A stretch of 64,000 bases of DNA from Candidatus Nealsonbacteria bacterium (GTDB taxonomy: Bacteria > Patescibacteriota > Minisyncoccia > Minisyncoccales > RBG-13-42-11), in contig JAPLXL010000002.1 of NCBI GenBank assembly GCA_026396115.1, positions 5,142-69,141 of the forward strand. Reading direction: 5' to 3'. Below the pieces are notes generated by a model that was not told the origin of the DNA, ran no database searches, and worked only from the letters and a program-made list of their open reading frames with translations. Shown here in pieces: positions 31,812-41,564 of the stretch; positions within the stretch are counted from its first letter, which is position 1, and every line of letters begins with the position of its first letter. A program made the position numbers and the translations under genes.

Positions 31812-33122
31812 ATGGAAAATTTAATGGAGAAAATTGTTTCACTTGCTAAAAGACGCGGTTTTATATTTCCCTCATCGGAAATTTACGGGGGCTTTGGTTC
31901 TTGTTATGATTTTGGTCCTCTGGGAGTTGAAATGAAAAACAATATTAAAAAATCCTGGTGGAAAGAAATGACTGGAAATCATGAAAATATTGTTGGATTA
32001 GACGCAGCGATTCTAATGTCGCCTCAGGTCTGGCAGGCCTCCGGTCACTTAACTGCCGGTTTTGCTGATGAGTTGGTTGAGTGTAAAAAATGCCATCACC
32101 GCTTCAGAAAAGATTTCTTAAAAGAGAACAAGTGTTCTGATTGTGGGGGAGAATTGACTGAGCCAAAAAAGTTTAACTTAATGATGAAAACTTTTGTTGG
32201 GTCATTGGAAGATGAGGCAGTCACCACTTATTTGAGGGCGGAAACCTGTCAGGGGATATATCTAAATTTTTTAAATGTTTTGAATTCAATGCGGCTGAAA
32301 ATACCTTTTGGCATAGCTCAGATCGGCAAAGCTTTCAGAAATGAAATTACGCCGGGGAATTTTATTTATAGAACTAGAGAATTTGAACAGATGGAAATGC
32401 AGTGGTTCTGCCATCCAAAAGAGGCCGACAAATTTTTCGATTATTGGAAAAAAGAAAGGATGCAGTGGTATTTGAATTTGGGTATTAAAAAAGAAAATTT
32501 GAGAATGGTTGAGGTTTCGGCAAAGGAGCGGGCTCATTATGCAAAAAGACAGGTAGATATTGAATATCGCTTTCCTTTTGGCTGGCATGAAATAGAGGGA
32601 GTTCATAATCGGGGAGATTGGGATTTATCCAATCATTCCAAGTACTCTGGCAAGAATCTCAAATACGAAGATTATTATCCTTACATTATTGAAACTTCAG
32701 TCGGAGCTGACAGAAGTTTTTTAACTTTTTTAGTTGCGGCTTTCCATGAGGTAAAAGGCGGCAGGACTAAAACAACAGAAGCCAAAAAAGAGGTAGAGGT
32801 TTTATTAAAACTTCACAGAGAGTTGGCTCCGGTTAAGGTAGCGGTTCTGCCTTTAATCAAAAACAAGCCGGAATTGGTTAAAAAAGCCAAAGAGGTTTAC
32901 CAAATGTTAAAACCCTATTTTACCTGTCAATATGATGAGTTGGGTTCAATTGGCAGGAGATACCGCCGTCAAGATGAAATTGGAACATTATGGACAATAA
33001 CTACTGACTTTGACACTTTAAAATATGATACGGTAACTGTCCGCAACCGCGACACAATGTCGCAGGAAAGAGTAAAAATTTCTGATTTAGTAAAAGTGAT
33101 AGATAAAAAGTTAAGAGAATAA
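31812..33122 (+). CDS. glyQS: Glycine--tRNA ligase (class II, alpha2 type)
   Basis: MENLMEKIVSLAKRRGFIFPSSEIYGG is a typical GlyRS N-terminus. The track ORF from 31707 starts in repeat DNA. Confidence 0.92.
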   Translation: MENLMEKIVSLAKRRGFIFPSSEIYGGFGSCYDFGPLGVEMKNNIKKSWWKEMTGNHENIVGLDAAILMSPQVWQASGHLTAGFADELVECKKCHHRFRKDFLKENKCSDCGGELTEPKKFNLMMKTFVGSLEDEAVTTYLRAETCQGIYLNFLNVLNSMRLKIPFGIAQIGKAFRNEITPGNFIYRTREFEQMEMQWFCHPKEADKFFDYWKKERMQWYLNLGIKKENLRMVEVSAKERAHYAKRQVDIEYRFPFGWHEIEGVHNRGDWDLSNHSKYSGKNLKYEDYYPYIIETSVGADRSFLTFLVAAFHEVKGGRTKTTEAKKEVEVLLKLHRELAPVKVAVLPLIKNKPELVKKAKEVYQMLKPYFTCQYDELGSIGRRYRRQDEIGTLWTITTDFDTLKYDTVTVRNRDTMSQERVKISDLVKVIDKKLRE

Positions 33123-34418
33123 ATGTTTAAAAAAATTACTCTGAAAAATGGATTGAGGATAATTACGGTTCCCCAAAAAAGCACCCCGGCAGTGACGGTT
33201 TTGGTTTTAGTCGGGACTGGTTCAAAATACGAAACAAAAGAGACAAAAGGTATTTCCCATTTTTTAGAACACCTTTATTTTAAGGGAACGAAAAAAAGAC
33301 CTTCTGGTTTATTAATTGCCGAAGTTTTAGACAAACTGGGAGGAGTTTATAATGCCTTTACCTCAGAAGAATATACGGGATACTATGCCAAAGTTGCAAC
33401 TCCTCACTTTGAAACAGCCTTAGATTGGGTTTCTGATATTTATTTTGATTCTTTGTTACCAAAAAAAGAAATTGAAAAAGAGAGAGGAGTAATAATTGAA
33501 GAAATAAATATGTATCTGGACATGCCAATGATATATATTGGAGAACTTTGGAAAACTTTGCTTTATGGAGACCAGCCGGCCGGCTGGGATATTGCCGGAA
33601 CCAAAAAAACCGTAAGTAAAATTACCAGAGAACAAATTTTAGATTATATGAAATCCCAGTATGTTGCTTCAAACACTATAGTTTGTATAGCCGGGAACAT
33701 TTCTTTGCCGCAGGCAATAAACAAAATTGAAAATTGTTTCTCTGGAATTAGTAAAACTCAACCAAAATCAAAACCGCCGGTTATTGATGCTTCTGTAAAT
33801 TCAGCATTAATCGTTGAAAAACAAGAAAAACCAAAAACACTTCTTTTTTCTAAAAAAACCGACCAAACACATTTGGCTTTAGGAGTTAGGGCTTTTAATC
33901 TTTTTCATCCTCACAGATTTGCCTTAGAGATTTTGGGAATAATCTTGGGAGGAATGATGAGCTCTCGTTTGTTCGTTGAAATAAGGGGAAAGCTGGGTTT
34001 GGCTTACTATATCAAAACCGAAGTTGAATGCGATCCCGACACAGGATATTTAGTAACAAATGCCGGGATAGACAATCAGAGGGTTGATAAGGCAATTTTG
34101 GCCATTTTGAAAGAATATAGAAAAATCTCGCAGAAAAAAATATCTTTGGCAGAACTTAAAAAATCAAAAGAAAATTTTAAAGGTAAATTGGCTCTTTATT
34201 TAGAATCTTCTGATGCTAAAGCTTCTTTTTGCGCCGGTCAGGAACTTTTGGAAAGAAAAATTTTAACCCCAAAGGAAATTTTTAAAAAAATTGATAAAAT
34301 TACTATAAATGATATTCTAAAAATAGCCAGAGAGATTTTTAAGTCAGAGAAGCTAAATTTGGCTTTGGTTGGTCCTTTTGAGGATAAAGAAAAATTTCAA
34401 AAATTGTTGAAGCTATAG
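33123..34418 (+). CDS. M16 family zinc peptidase (pitrilysin/insulinase-like)
   Basis: HFLEHLYFKGT inverted zinc motif HxxEH. Confidence 0.85.
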   Translation: MFKKITLKNGLRIITVPQKSTPAVTVLVLVGTGSKYETKETKGISHFLEHLYFKGTKKRPSGLLIAEVLDKLGGVYNAFTSEEYTGYYAKVATPHFETALDWVSDIYFDSLLPKKEIEKERGVIIEEINMYLDMPMIYIGELWKTLLYGDQPAGWDIAGTKKTVSKITREQILDYMKSQYVASNTIVCIAGNISLPQAINKIENCFSGISKTQPKSKPPVIDASVNSALIVEKQEKPKTLLFSKKTDQTHLALGVRAFNLFHPHRFALEILGIILGGMMSSRLFVEIRGKLGLAYYIKTEVECDPDTGYLVTNAGIDNQRVDKAILAILKEYRKISQKKISLAELKKSKENFKGKLALYLESSDAKASFCAGQELLERKILTPKEIFKKIDKITINDILKIAREIFKSEKLNLALVGPFEDKEKFQKLLKL

Positions 34419-34555
34419 TCAAAGAAGGCAAACCTTTTTTTCCATACTTCGTTTGCTCAATGAAATAAAAATTTCATTTCGACGTTCGATTGATGAAATA
34501 TAAATTGAGACGTAAGATGAGATTTATCTCATCGAACTTATAAATAAAAACTCGT

Positions 34556-35614
34556 ATGAATAACGAAAAAATATTAGATATTTCTTGGAACAGTATTTTA
34601 AAAGTTGTCCTCACTTTTCTTATTGTTTATCTTCTTTTTTTAATAAAAGATATTTTAATTTTGATTATTTTTGCTTTAATTATTTCGGTTTTGTTCAACC
34701 CAGCCATTGATTTTTTACAAAAAAGGAGAATTCCCCGTGTTTTAGCAACCGGTTTAATTTATTTTTTTATTTTTGGGGCTTTGAGCTTTTTGATTTATTT
34801 AATATCTTTATCTTTTATTCCTGAAATTCAGCAATTTGCCGAGCTTTTTTCCCAATATTTTGAAAGAATAGCTCCTCCTTTGAAAGGATTAGGTATTGAG
34901 GCTTTTGAAAGTTTTGACGCCTTTGTTAAAGTTTCTGAAAAATGGTTAATAGGGGCGTCGGCTAATATTTTCACTGCCTTGTTTGCTGTTTTTGGAGGAG
35001 CTTTTACTGCTTTTACTATTTTTTTTCTTGCCTTTTTCTTTTCTTTAGAAGAAAAATGGATGGAAAAAGCAATAAGGCTTCTTTTTCCTAAACAACAGGA
35101 AGATTTGGCTTTTTTCGTTTGGAACAAATCCCAACAAAAAATTTCCGGTTGGTTTGCATCAAGGGTTTTGTGTTGTCTTTTTGTGGGCTTTGCTTCCTTT
35201 ATTGCTTTAAAATTATTTAAAATTGATTATGCTTTTAGTCTGAGCTTGTTTGCCGGAATAACAAATATTATTCCTTATCTGGGGCCGCTTTTTGCCGGAG
35301 CAGTAATCACAATCTTAGTTTTTCTTGAAGACTGGTTCAAAGCACTTTTTATTTTAATTGTTTTTATTTTGATTCATCAAATAGAAGGAAATATTTTGAG
35401 CCCAATTTTAACTAAAAAATTTATTGGATTGCCGCCGGTTTTAGTTTTAATCTCTTTAATAATCGGCGGAAAGCTTTTGGGGATTTTGGGGGCAATTTTA
35501 GTAATTCCCTTGGCCGGAATTTTATTTGAATTTATAAGGGATTTTCTGAAAAAAAAGAAGGAAGAATACAATTCGTCCGGCGACAGACAACCCCCAAAGG
35601 CAATAGTAATGTAG
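34556..35614 (+). CDS. AI-2E family transporter (PerM/UPF0118)
   Basis: 352 aa, multi-pass membrane protein with the typical C-terminal IPYLGP...HQIEGNILSP pattern. Confidence 0.8.
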   Translation: MNNEKILDISWNSILKVVLTFLIVYLLFLIKDILILIIFALIISVLFNPAIDFLQKRRIPRVLATGLIYFFIFGALSFLIYLISLSFIPEIQQFAELFSQYFERIAPPLKGLGIEAFESFDAFVKVSEKWLIGASANIFTALFAVFGGAFTAFTIFFLAFFFSLEEKWMEKAIRLLFPKQQEDLAFFVWNKSQQKISGWFASRVLCCLFVGFASFIALKLFKIDYAFSLSLFAGITNIIPYLGPLFAGAVITILVFLEDWFKALFILIVFILIHQIEGNILSPILTKKFIGLPPVLVLISLIIGGKLLGILGAILVIPLAGILFEFIRDFLKKKKEEYNSSGDRQPPKAIVM

Positions 35615-35621
35615 AATTAAA

Positions 35622-36320
35622 ATGGCAATTCTTTATATCGTTGCAACTCCCATTGGCAATCTTAAAGATATCAGCCTCCGAACTTTAGAAGTTTTAAAGG
35701 AGGTTGATTTAATTTTGTGCGAAGATACAAGGACAACTAAAAAACTGCTAGACCGTTATCAAATAAAGACCTTGATACTTAGCTATCACCAGCATTCAAA
35801 AATCCAAAAGATTGAATATATCTTACAGCTCTTAAAAGAAGGCAAAAATTTGGCTTTGGTTTCAGATGCCGGCACTCCCGGGATTTCTGACCCGGGAAAT
35901 AAATTAGTTCAAGAAGTTATTAAGTCATTAAGTGATCAAGTGGAAATTGTGCCGATTCCCGGACCTTCGGCAGTTGCTGCAGCCGCTTCCATTTCCGGCT
36001 TTCCAATGGACAAATTTTTATTTTTGGGCTTTCCGCCAACAAAAAAGAAAAGAAAAAAATTTTTTGAAGAAGTTATAAATTCGAAATACCCAGTAATTCT
36101 TTACGAATCCCCTTATCGAATTCTAAAAACTCTGCAAGAGATTCGTTTAACGTTCAGCGTTCATAGTTCATCGTTCAAAATTGTGGTCGGCCGCGAATTA
36201 ACTAAAAAATTTGAAACAATTTATCGCGGAACGATTGAAGAAGTAATCGAAAAAATCAAAAATCCGCCAGCTGGCGCAAAAATCAAAGGCGAATTTATAG
36301 TAATTGTTAACTCAAAGTAA
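35622..36320 (+). CDS. rsmI: 16S rRNA (cytidine1402-2'-O)-methyltransferase
   Basis: LYIVATPIGNLKDISLRTLEVLKEVDLILCEDTR is a typical RsmI N-terminus. Confidence 0.9.
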   Translation: MAILYIVATPIGNLKDISLRTLEVLKEVDLILCEDTRTTKKLLDRYQIKTLILSYHQHSKIQKIEYILQLLKEGKNLALVSDAGTPGISDPGNKLVQEVIKSLSDQVEIVPIPGPSAVAAAASISGFPMDKFLFLGFPPTKKKRKKFFEEVINSKYPVILYESPYRILKTLQEIRLTFSVHSSSFKIVVGRELTKKFETIYRGTIEEVIEKIKNPPAGAKIKGEFIVIVNSK

Positions 36321-37798
36321 TGACAGAAAAAAAGAAAAAATTTTATATTACTACTACTCTTCCTTATGTTAATGCTGAACCGCATATTGGTTTCGCTTTA
36401 GAGATTATTCATGCAGATGTAATTGCTCGTTATTATCACCAACAGGGTTACGAAGTTTTTTTCAACACCGGTGTAGACGAACATGGACTTAAAATTTTTC
36501 GTAAAAGCCAAGAAAAAAATTTAAAACCTCAAGCCTATTGCGATATCTATGCTAAGAGATATAAGAATTTAAAACAGGCTTTAAATTTAAGCTACAACAG
36601 TTTTATTCGCACAACCGATCCGCATCATATTAAAGCAGCCCAGGAATTCTGGCGTCGTTGTGATAAAAACGGAGATATTTACAAAAAGGATTATAAAATT
36701 AAGTACTGCGTAGGTTGTGAATTGGAAAAGACCGAGTCAGAATTAGTTGAGGGCGGATGTCCTATTCATCCTGACGAGAAGTTGGAAATTATTAAAGAAG
36801 AGAATTATTTTTTTCGTTATTCAAGATATCAAGATAAGCTTCTAGAATTATATCAAAAAAATCCTCAATTTGTTGTGCCAGAATCCAGACTAAACGAAAT
36901 TGAAGAGTTTACTAAACGGGGATTGGAGGATTTTAGTATTTCTCGACTGAAGGAAAAAATGCCCTGGGGCATTCCTGTACCAGGGGATGATAAACATATA
37001 ATCTATGTTTGGTTTGACGCATTGATAAATTATATTTCTTGTTTGGGCTGGCCTGATAGTTTAGAAAAGTTCGATCATTTTTGGCCGGGTGTTCAGATAG
37101 CTGGAAAAGATAATCTCCGTCAGCAATCTTCTATGTGGCAGGCTATGCTTATATCAGCCGGTCTCTCGATATCCGAACAGATTTTTATTCACGGCTTTAT
37201 AACCTCTGGTGGTCAAAAAATGTCAAAGAGTTTGGGGAATGTTGTCAGTCCGTTTGAATTAGTTGAAAAATACGGCACAGATACTGTTAGGTATTTTCTT
37301 TTGCGGGAAATTCCATCAACCGAAGATGGTGATTTTACTTATGAAAAATTTGAACAGAGATACAATTCGGATTTGGCTAAAGGATTAGGAAATCTTATTG
37401 CGCGGGTAGTTACCCTTGCTAAAAATTCTAAATTCGAAATCCCAGATCTTCACCCGCCAAAATTTTCAAAGAAAACTTGGGCGGGCAGACAAATCCAAAA
37501 TCCTAAATTCAAAACAATAATAAACAAAACTCAGGAAAACTACAGAAAAGCTTTAGAGGAATTTAGATTTAACGAAGCATTGATTGAGATTTGGGATTTA
37601 ATTAGTTTTTGTGACAAATACATTGAAAAAGAAAGGCCTTGGGAAGAAAGTAAAAACCAAAAAGAGGTAATCGGTAATTTGTTATTGGTCCTCAATGAAA
37701 TAGCAAAATTATTGCAGCCATTTTTGCCAGAAACCTCGGAAAAGATATTTCAGCAATTGAAAACAAGAAAAAGCAAGCCATTATTTCCGAGAATTTAA
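36320..37798 (+). CDS. metG: Methionine--tRNA ligase
   Basis: YITTTLPYVNAEPHIGF (HIGH region) and KMSKSLGN. Contains a family B element at 37421-37515. Confidence 0.95.
   Translation: MTEKKKKFYITTTLPYVNAEPHIGFALEIIHADVIARYYHQQGYEVFFNTGVDEHGLKIFRKSQEKNLKPQAYCDIYAKRYKNLKQALNLSYNSFIRTTDPHHIKAAQEFWRRCDKNGDIYKKDYKIKYCVGCELEKTESELVEGGCPIHPDEKLEIIKEENYFFRYSRYQDKLLELYQKNPQFVVPESRLNEIEEFTKRGLEDFSISRLKEKMPWGIPVPGDDKHIIYVWFDALINYISCLGWPDSLEKFDHFWPGVQIAGKDNLRQQSSMWQAMLISAGLSISEQIFIHGFITSGGQKMSKSLGNVVSPFELVEKYGTDTVRYFLLREIPSTEDGDFTYEKFEQRYNSDLAKGLGNLIARVVTLAKNSKFEIPDLHPPKFSKKTWAGRQIQNPKFKTIINKTQENYRKALEEFRFNEALIEIWDLISFCDKYIEKERPWEESKNQKEVIGNLLLVLNEIAKLLQPFLPETSEKIFQQLKTRKSKPLFPRI
37421..37515. repeat. 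Family B element (heptamer-flanked AT-loop hairpin), in-frame in metG
   Basis: AAAATTC TAAATTC GAAATCC ... CCCGCC-AAAATTTTCAAAGAAAACTTG-GGCGGG ... AAATCCA AAATCCT AAATTCA. Confidence 0.8.
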
Positions 37799-37977
37799 AA
37801 ACTAAAAAACATTGACAAAATTTCTGATATTTGTTAATTGATAATTAGAGATTGTAATAAGGCCTATAGAATAAAAAATACCGCAAAATTAATCTCCAGC
37901 CAAGGAGGTTTTTAAAATTTATAGTTCTTTTAAAAGAAAATAAATTCGGTAGAAAGACAAAGAAAAGTTTTGTCTTG

Positions 37978-38028
37978 GTAGCAGCTATTTTTTCAGATTT
38001 TTTTATTACCGGGAAAATAGCTGCTACT
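37978..38028. repeat. Perfect 14-bp-stem hairpin in orphan region
   Basis: GTAGCAGCTATTTT ... AAAATAGCTGCTAC with a 23-nt loop. Confidence 0.85.
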
Positions 38029-38058
38029 AAGTTAAAAGCAGCAGAAAGGATGTGTGAT

Positions 38059-38229
38059 ATGGTAAGAAAAGATTCTCTTTCCGATGAGCAGTTATTACTT
38101 GCATACTCTGTTGAATTGGAGACTTTGAAAGGAAGACCTCCAACCAAAAATCGGCAAAAAAGAAGGAAAATTATAGAAGAGAAATTGCTTCCGAGACTTC
38201 AAAATCAGATAATGGCTAATTCTGTCTGA
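38059..38229 (+). CDS. Hypothetical small protein (56 aa), uncertain
   Basis: ATG at 38059 is preceded by GAAAGGA about 9 nt upstream. Sequence MVRKDSLSDEQLLLAYSVELETLKGRPPTKNRQKRRK. An overlapping antisense ORF also exists. Confidence 0.3.
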   Translation: MVRKDSLSDEQLLLAYSVELETLKGRPPTKNRQKRRKIIEEKLLPRLQNQIMANSV

Positions 38230-38260
38230 AAAGATCACGCTCAAGTTATAATTTTTAGAG

Positions 38261-38301
38261 GGCGAAGAGGCAGAGTGAACGCTTCCTCGCTCTTTTTTTT
38301 T
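38261..38301 (+). terminator. Terminator-like family A hairpin plus T-run
   Basis: GGCGAAGAGGC...GCTTCCTCGC imperfect stem followed by TCTTTTTTTTT. Confidence 0.5.
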
Positions 38302-38328
38302 CTTAAAATTTTGATAAAATAAAGTATT

Positions 38329-39156
38329 ATGTTGATAGACACTCACGCCCATTTGAATTTTAATGCCTATAAAGATGATCTAGATGAAGTTATCAAGCGT
38401 TCTTTGGATAATAAGGTCTGGATGATAAATGTCGGCTCTCAATATGAAACCAGTAAAAAGGCGGTAAAAATTGCAGAGCAATATGAGAAAGAAGTTTATG
38501 CGGCGGTCGGTCTTCACCCAATTCACTTATCAGACGGAATTTTTAAGACGAAAATAGATCAAGAAGAAATAGAATTTCAAACTAGAGAAGAGGATTTTGA
38601 TTATCAAAAATATAAAGAGCTTGCCCGGTCTAAAAAAGTAGTGGCCATTGGCGAAATTGGGTTTGATTATTGGTATAAACCAAAAACAAAGAAGAAATTG
38701 GAAGAGTTTAAGCAAAAACAAAAAGAAGTTTTTTTGCAGCAATTAGAATTAGCCAGAGAATTGGGCTTGCCGGTTATATTTCATTGTCGTATGGCTCACG
38801 ATGACTTATTAGAAACATTAAATTTTCAATTTTCAAGTTTCAAGTTTCGTGGTGCGATTCACTGCTTTACCGGGAATTGGCAGCAAGCCGAAAGATATCT
38901 GGAAATGGGGCTTTATCTCGGTTTTAACGGCATCATTTTCAAATTAGATTTGGATGAAATTATAAAGAAAACTCCTTTAGAAAAAATTCTAATTGAGACC
39001 GATTGTCCTTATTTAACACCGCCCCCGATGATCGATCGTAATGAACCTTTATATGTAAAATATATTGCCGAAAAGGTTGCCAAAATAAAAAATTTAAATT
39101 ATGAAAAAGTATCCAATATTACGACCGAAAACGCCAGAAAACTATTTAATATTTAA
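38329..39156 (+). CDS. tatD: TatD family hydrolase
   Basis: MLIDTHAHLNF, GEIGFDY and ETDCPYL motifs. Confidence 0.9.
   Translation: MLIDTHAHLNFNAYKDDLDEVIKRSLDNKVWMINVGSQYETSKKAVKIAEQYEKEVYAAVGLHPIHLSDGIFKTKIDQEEIEFQTREEDFDYQKYKELARSKKVVAIGEIGFDYWYKPKTKKKLEEFKQKQKEVFLQQLELARELGLPVIFHCRMAHDDLLETLNFQFSSFKFRGAIHCFTGNWQQAERYLEMGLYLGFNGIIFKLDLDEIIKKTPLEKILIETDCPYLTPPPMIDRNEPLYVKYIAEKVAKIKNLNYEKVSNITTENARKLFNI
38821..38848. repeat. Heptanucleotide array (AATTTTC x2, AAGTTTC x2) inside tatD
   Basis: Read directly. Encodes NFQFSSFKF. Confidence 0.85.
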
Positions 39157-39161
39157 TTAAT

Positions 39162-41561
39162 ATGGAAAATTATAAGCCCCAAGGAATTGAGAAAAAATGG
39201 CAGAAGATTTGGGAAAGAAGAAAAACTTTTCAAGTTAATTTAAAAAAAGCGAAAAAACCCTATTATAACTTGATGATGTTTCCTTATCCTTCGGCTGAGG
39301 GTCTGCATGTTGGCAACGTCTATGCTTTTACTGGTTCAGATATTTATGGAAGATTCCGAAAAATGCAGGGCTATGATGTTTTTGAGCCGATTGGTTTTGA
39401 TGCCTTTGGTATTCATTCTGAAAATTTTGCCATTCAAAAAAAGATTCACCCCAAGGTTTTAATTCAAAAAAATGTTAATAATTTCAGGCGACAACTAAAA
39501 AATCTTGGTTGTCTTTTTGATTGGAGGTACGAGGTAGATACGACAAAGCCCAATTACTATACATGGACGCAATGGCTGTTTTTGCAGTTATTTAAGTCAG
39601 GTCTGGCTTATCGGAAAAAAGCGCCGGTTGACTGGTGCCCTTCTTGCAAAACCGTTTTGGCCGATGAGCAGGTAATTGACGGGAAATGCGAAAGGTGCGA
39701 CACGAATGTTATTCAAAAAGAATTAGAGCAATGGTTTTTTAAAATTACCAAATACGCGGAAAGATTGCTCAAAAACCTTGATTGGATTAATTGGTCGGAG
39801 AGAACAAAAGTTGCCCAAAAAAATTGGATAGGACGATCTGAGGGCGCTCAGATTGAATTCAAAATTCAAAATTCGAAATTCAAAATTCCAGTTTTTACCA
39901 CGCGGCCCGACACCCTTTTCGGGTGCACTTATTTAATTATTTCTCCGGAACATCGATTAATTGAAAATTTAAAATTAAAAATTAAAAATTGGGACGAAGT
40001 CCAGAAATACATTAAAGAATCAAAGAAAAAAACCGAGTCAGAGAGAACAGAACTTATTAAAGAAAAAACCGGAGTGGAATTAAAAAGAATTAAAGCTGTT
40101 AATCCGGCTAATCAAGAAGAAATTCCCGTTTTTGTGGCTGATTATGTTTTAGTTTCTTATGGCACCGGCGCAATCATGGCGGTTCCCGGCCATGATCAGA
40201 GAGATTTTGATTTTGCCAAAAAATATAATTTGTTGATTGTTGAGGTAATTAGTCCAGACGGTAAAGAACATATTCTTACAGAATCCTATACGGGTGAAGG
40301 GATTTTGATAAATTCCGGAAAGTTTAATGGAATAGAATCAGAAAAAGCAAAATTGGAAATTACAAAGTTTGTCAAAGCCAAAAAAGCCGTTAATTATCAT
40401 CTAAGAGATTGGTTGATTTCTAGGCAGCGTTATTGGGGACCGCCCATACCCATAATTTATTGTAAAAAATGCGGAATAGTTCCGGCGTCGGAAAAAGATT
40501 TGCCAATAGAACTTCCTCATGTAAAAAATTTCCGGCCAGCCGGCGCCGGAAAATCACCCTTGGCTTCAGTTCCGAATTTTGTAAAAACAAAATGCCCGAA
40601 GTGCAAAGGGCCGGGTCAAAGGGAAACCGATGTTTCAGATACTTTCTTGGATTCTTCTTGGTACTTCTTCAGATATCCTTCGGCTAATTTGAAGAATTCA
40701 CCCTTTGACAAAAAATTGACTGAAAAATGGCTGCCGGTTGATATGTACATTGGCGGGCAGGAGCATGCGGTCTTGCATTTGCTTTACACCAGATTTATGA
40801 CTATGGTTTTAAAGGATTTAAGCCATATTAATTTTGAAGAGCCGTTTAAAAAATTCCGGGCCCATGGATTGTTAACCAAAGAAGGAACCAAAATGTCAAA
40901 ATCAAAAGGGAATGTGGTTAATCCCGATGACTATTATAAAAAATACGGCGCCGATACTTTGAGAATGTATTTAATGTTTTTGGGGCCGTTTTCAGAAGGC
41001 GGTGATTGGCAGGACAGGGGGATTATGGGAACTTACAGGTTTTTGAATAAAGTTTGGAACTTGCGATCAAAAGTGAATTATGGATTAAGCATAAAGAATA
41101 AAGAATTAGATAGATTGATTCATAAAACAATTAAGAAAGTGACGGAAGATATTGAAAATTTAAAATACAATACTGCAATTTCGGCTTTAATGATATTAGC
41201 CAACGAATTGGAAAAAGAAGAAAAAATATCCTCGGAGTATTATTCATTATTCTTAATTCTTTTAGCTCCTTTTGCGCCGCATATTACAGAAGAACTTTGG
41301 CAGAAATTGGGACATAAAGAAAGTATTTCTTTGGAGAAATGGCCCGAGCCCAGGCCAGAATTACTCAAAGAAGAGAAAATAACCTTGATTATCCAGGTTA
41401 ATGGCAAGGTCCGAGATAAGATTGAGGTTTCGGCTGATATTTCTAAAGAAAAAGCCAGGGACCTGGCAGTTTCTCAAAAAAAGATTAAGAATTGGGTGGA
41501 AGGCAAAGAAATCAAGAAAGTAATTTTTGTCCCGAATAAACTTATTAATATAGTCATTTAA
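39162..41561 (+). CDS. leuS: Leucine--tRNA ligase
   Basis: 799 aa with PYPSAEGLHVGN (HIGH), KMSKSKGN and the TTRPDTLFG editing-domain motif. Confidence 0.95.
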   Translation: MENYKPQGIEKKWQKIWERRKTFQVNLKKAKKPYYNLMMFPYPSAEGLHVGNVYAFTGSDIYGRFRKMQGYDVFEPIGFDAFGIHSENFAIQKKIHPKVLIQKNVNNFRRQLKNLGCLFDWRYEVDTTKPNYYTWTQWLFLQLFKSGLAYRKKAPVDWCPSCKTVLADEQVIDGKCERCDTNVIQKELEQWFFKITKYAERLLKNLDWINWSERTKVAQKNWIGRSEGAQIEFKIQNSKFKIPVFTTRPDTLFGCTYLIISPEHRLIENLKLKIKNWDEVQKYIKESKKKTESERTELIKEKTGVELKRIKAVNPANQEEIPVFVADYVLVSYGTGAIMAVPGHDQRDFDFAKKYNLLIVEVISPDGKEHILTESYTGEGILINSGKFNGIESEKAKLEITKFVKAKKAVNYHLRDWLISRQRYWGPPIPIIYCKKCGIVPASEKDLPIELPHVKNFRPAGAGKSPLASVPNFVKTKCPKCKGPGQRETDVSDTFLDSSWYFFRYPSANLKNSPFDKKLTEKWLPVDMYIGGQEHAVLHLLYTRFMTMVLKDLSHINFEEPFKKFRAHGLLTKEGTKMSKSKGNVVNPDDYYKKYGADTLRMYLMFLGPFSEGGDWQDRGIMGTYRFLNKVWNLRSKVNYGLSIKNKELDRLIHKTIKKVTEDIENLKYNTAISALMILANELEKEEKISSEYYSLFLILLAPFAPHITEELWQKLGHKESISLEKWPEPRPELLKEEKITLIIQVNGKVRDKIEVSADISKEKARDLAVSQKKIKNWVEGKEIKKVIFVPNKLINIVI
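39854..39888. repeat. Heptanucleotide tandem array (RAAATTC x5) inside leuS
   Basis: TGAATTC AAAATTC AAAATTC GAAATTC AAAATTC. Encodes EFKIQNSKFKI. Confidence 0.9.
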
Positions 41562-41564
41562 TTT

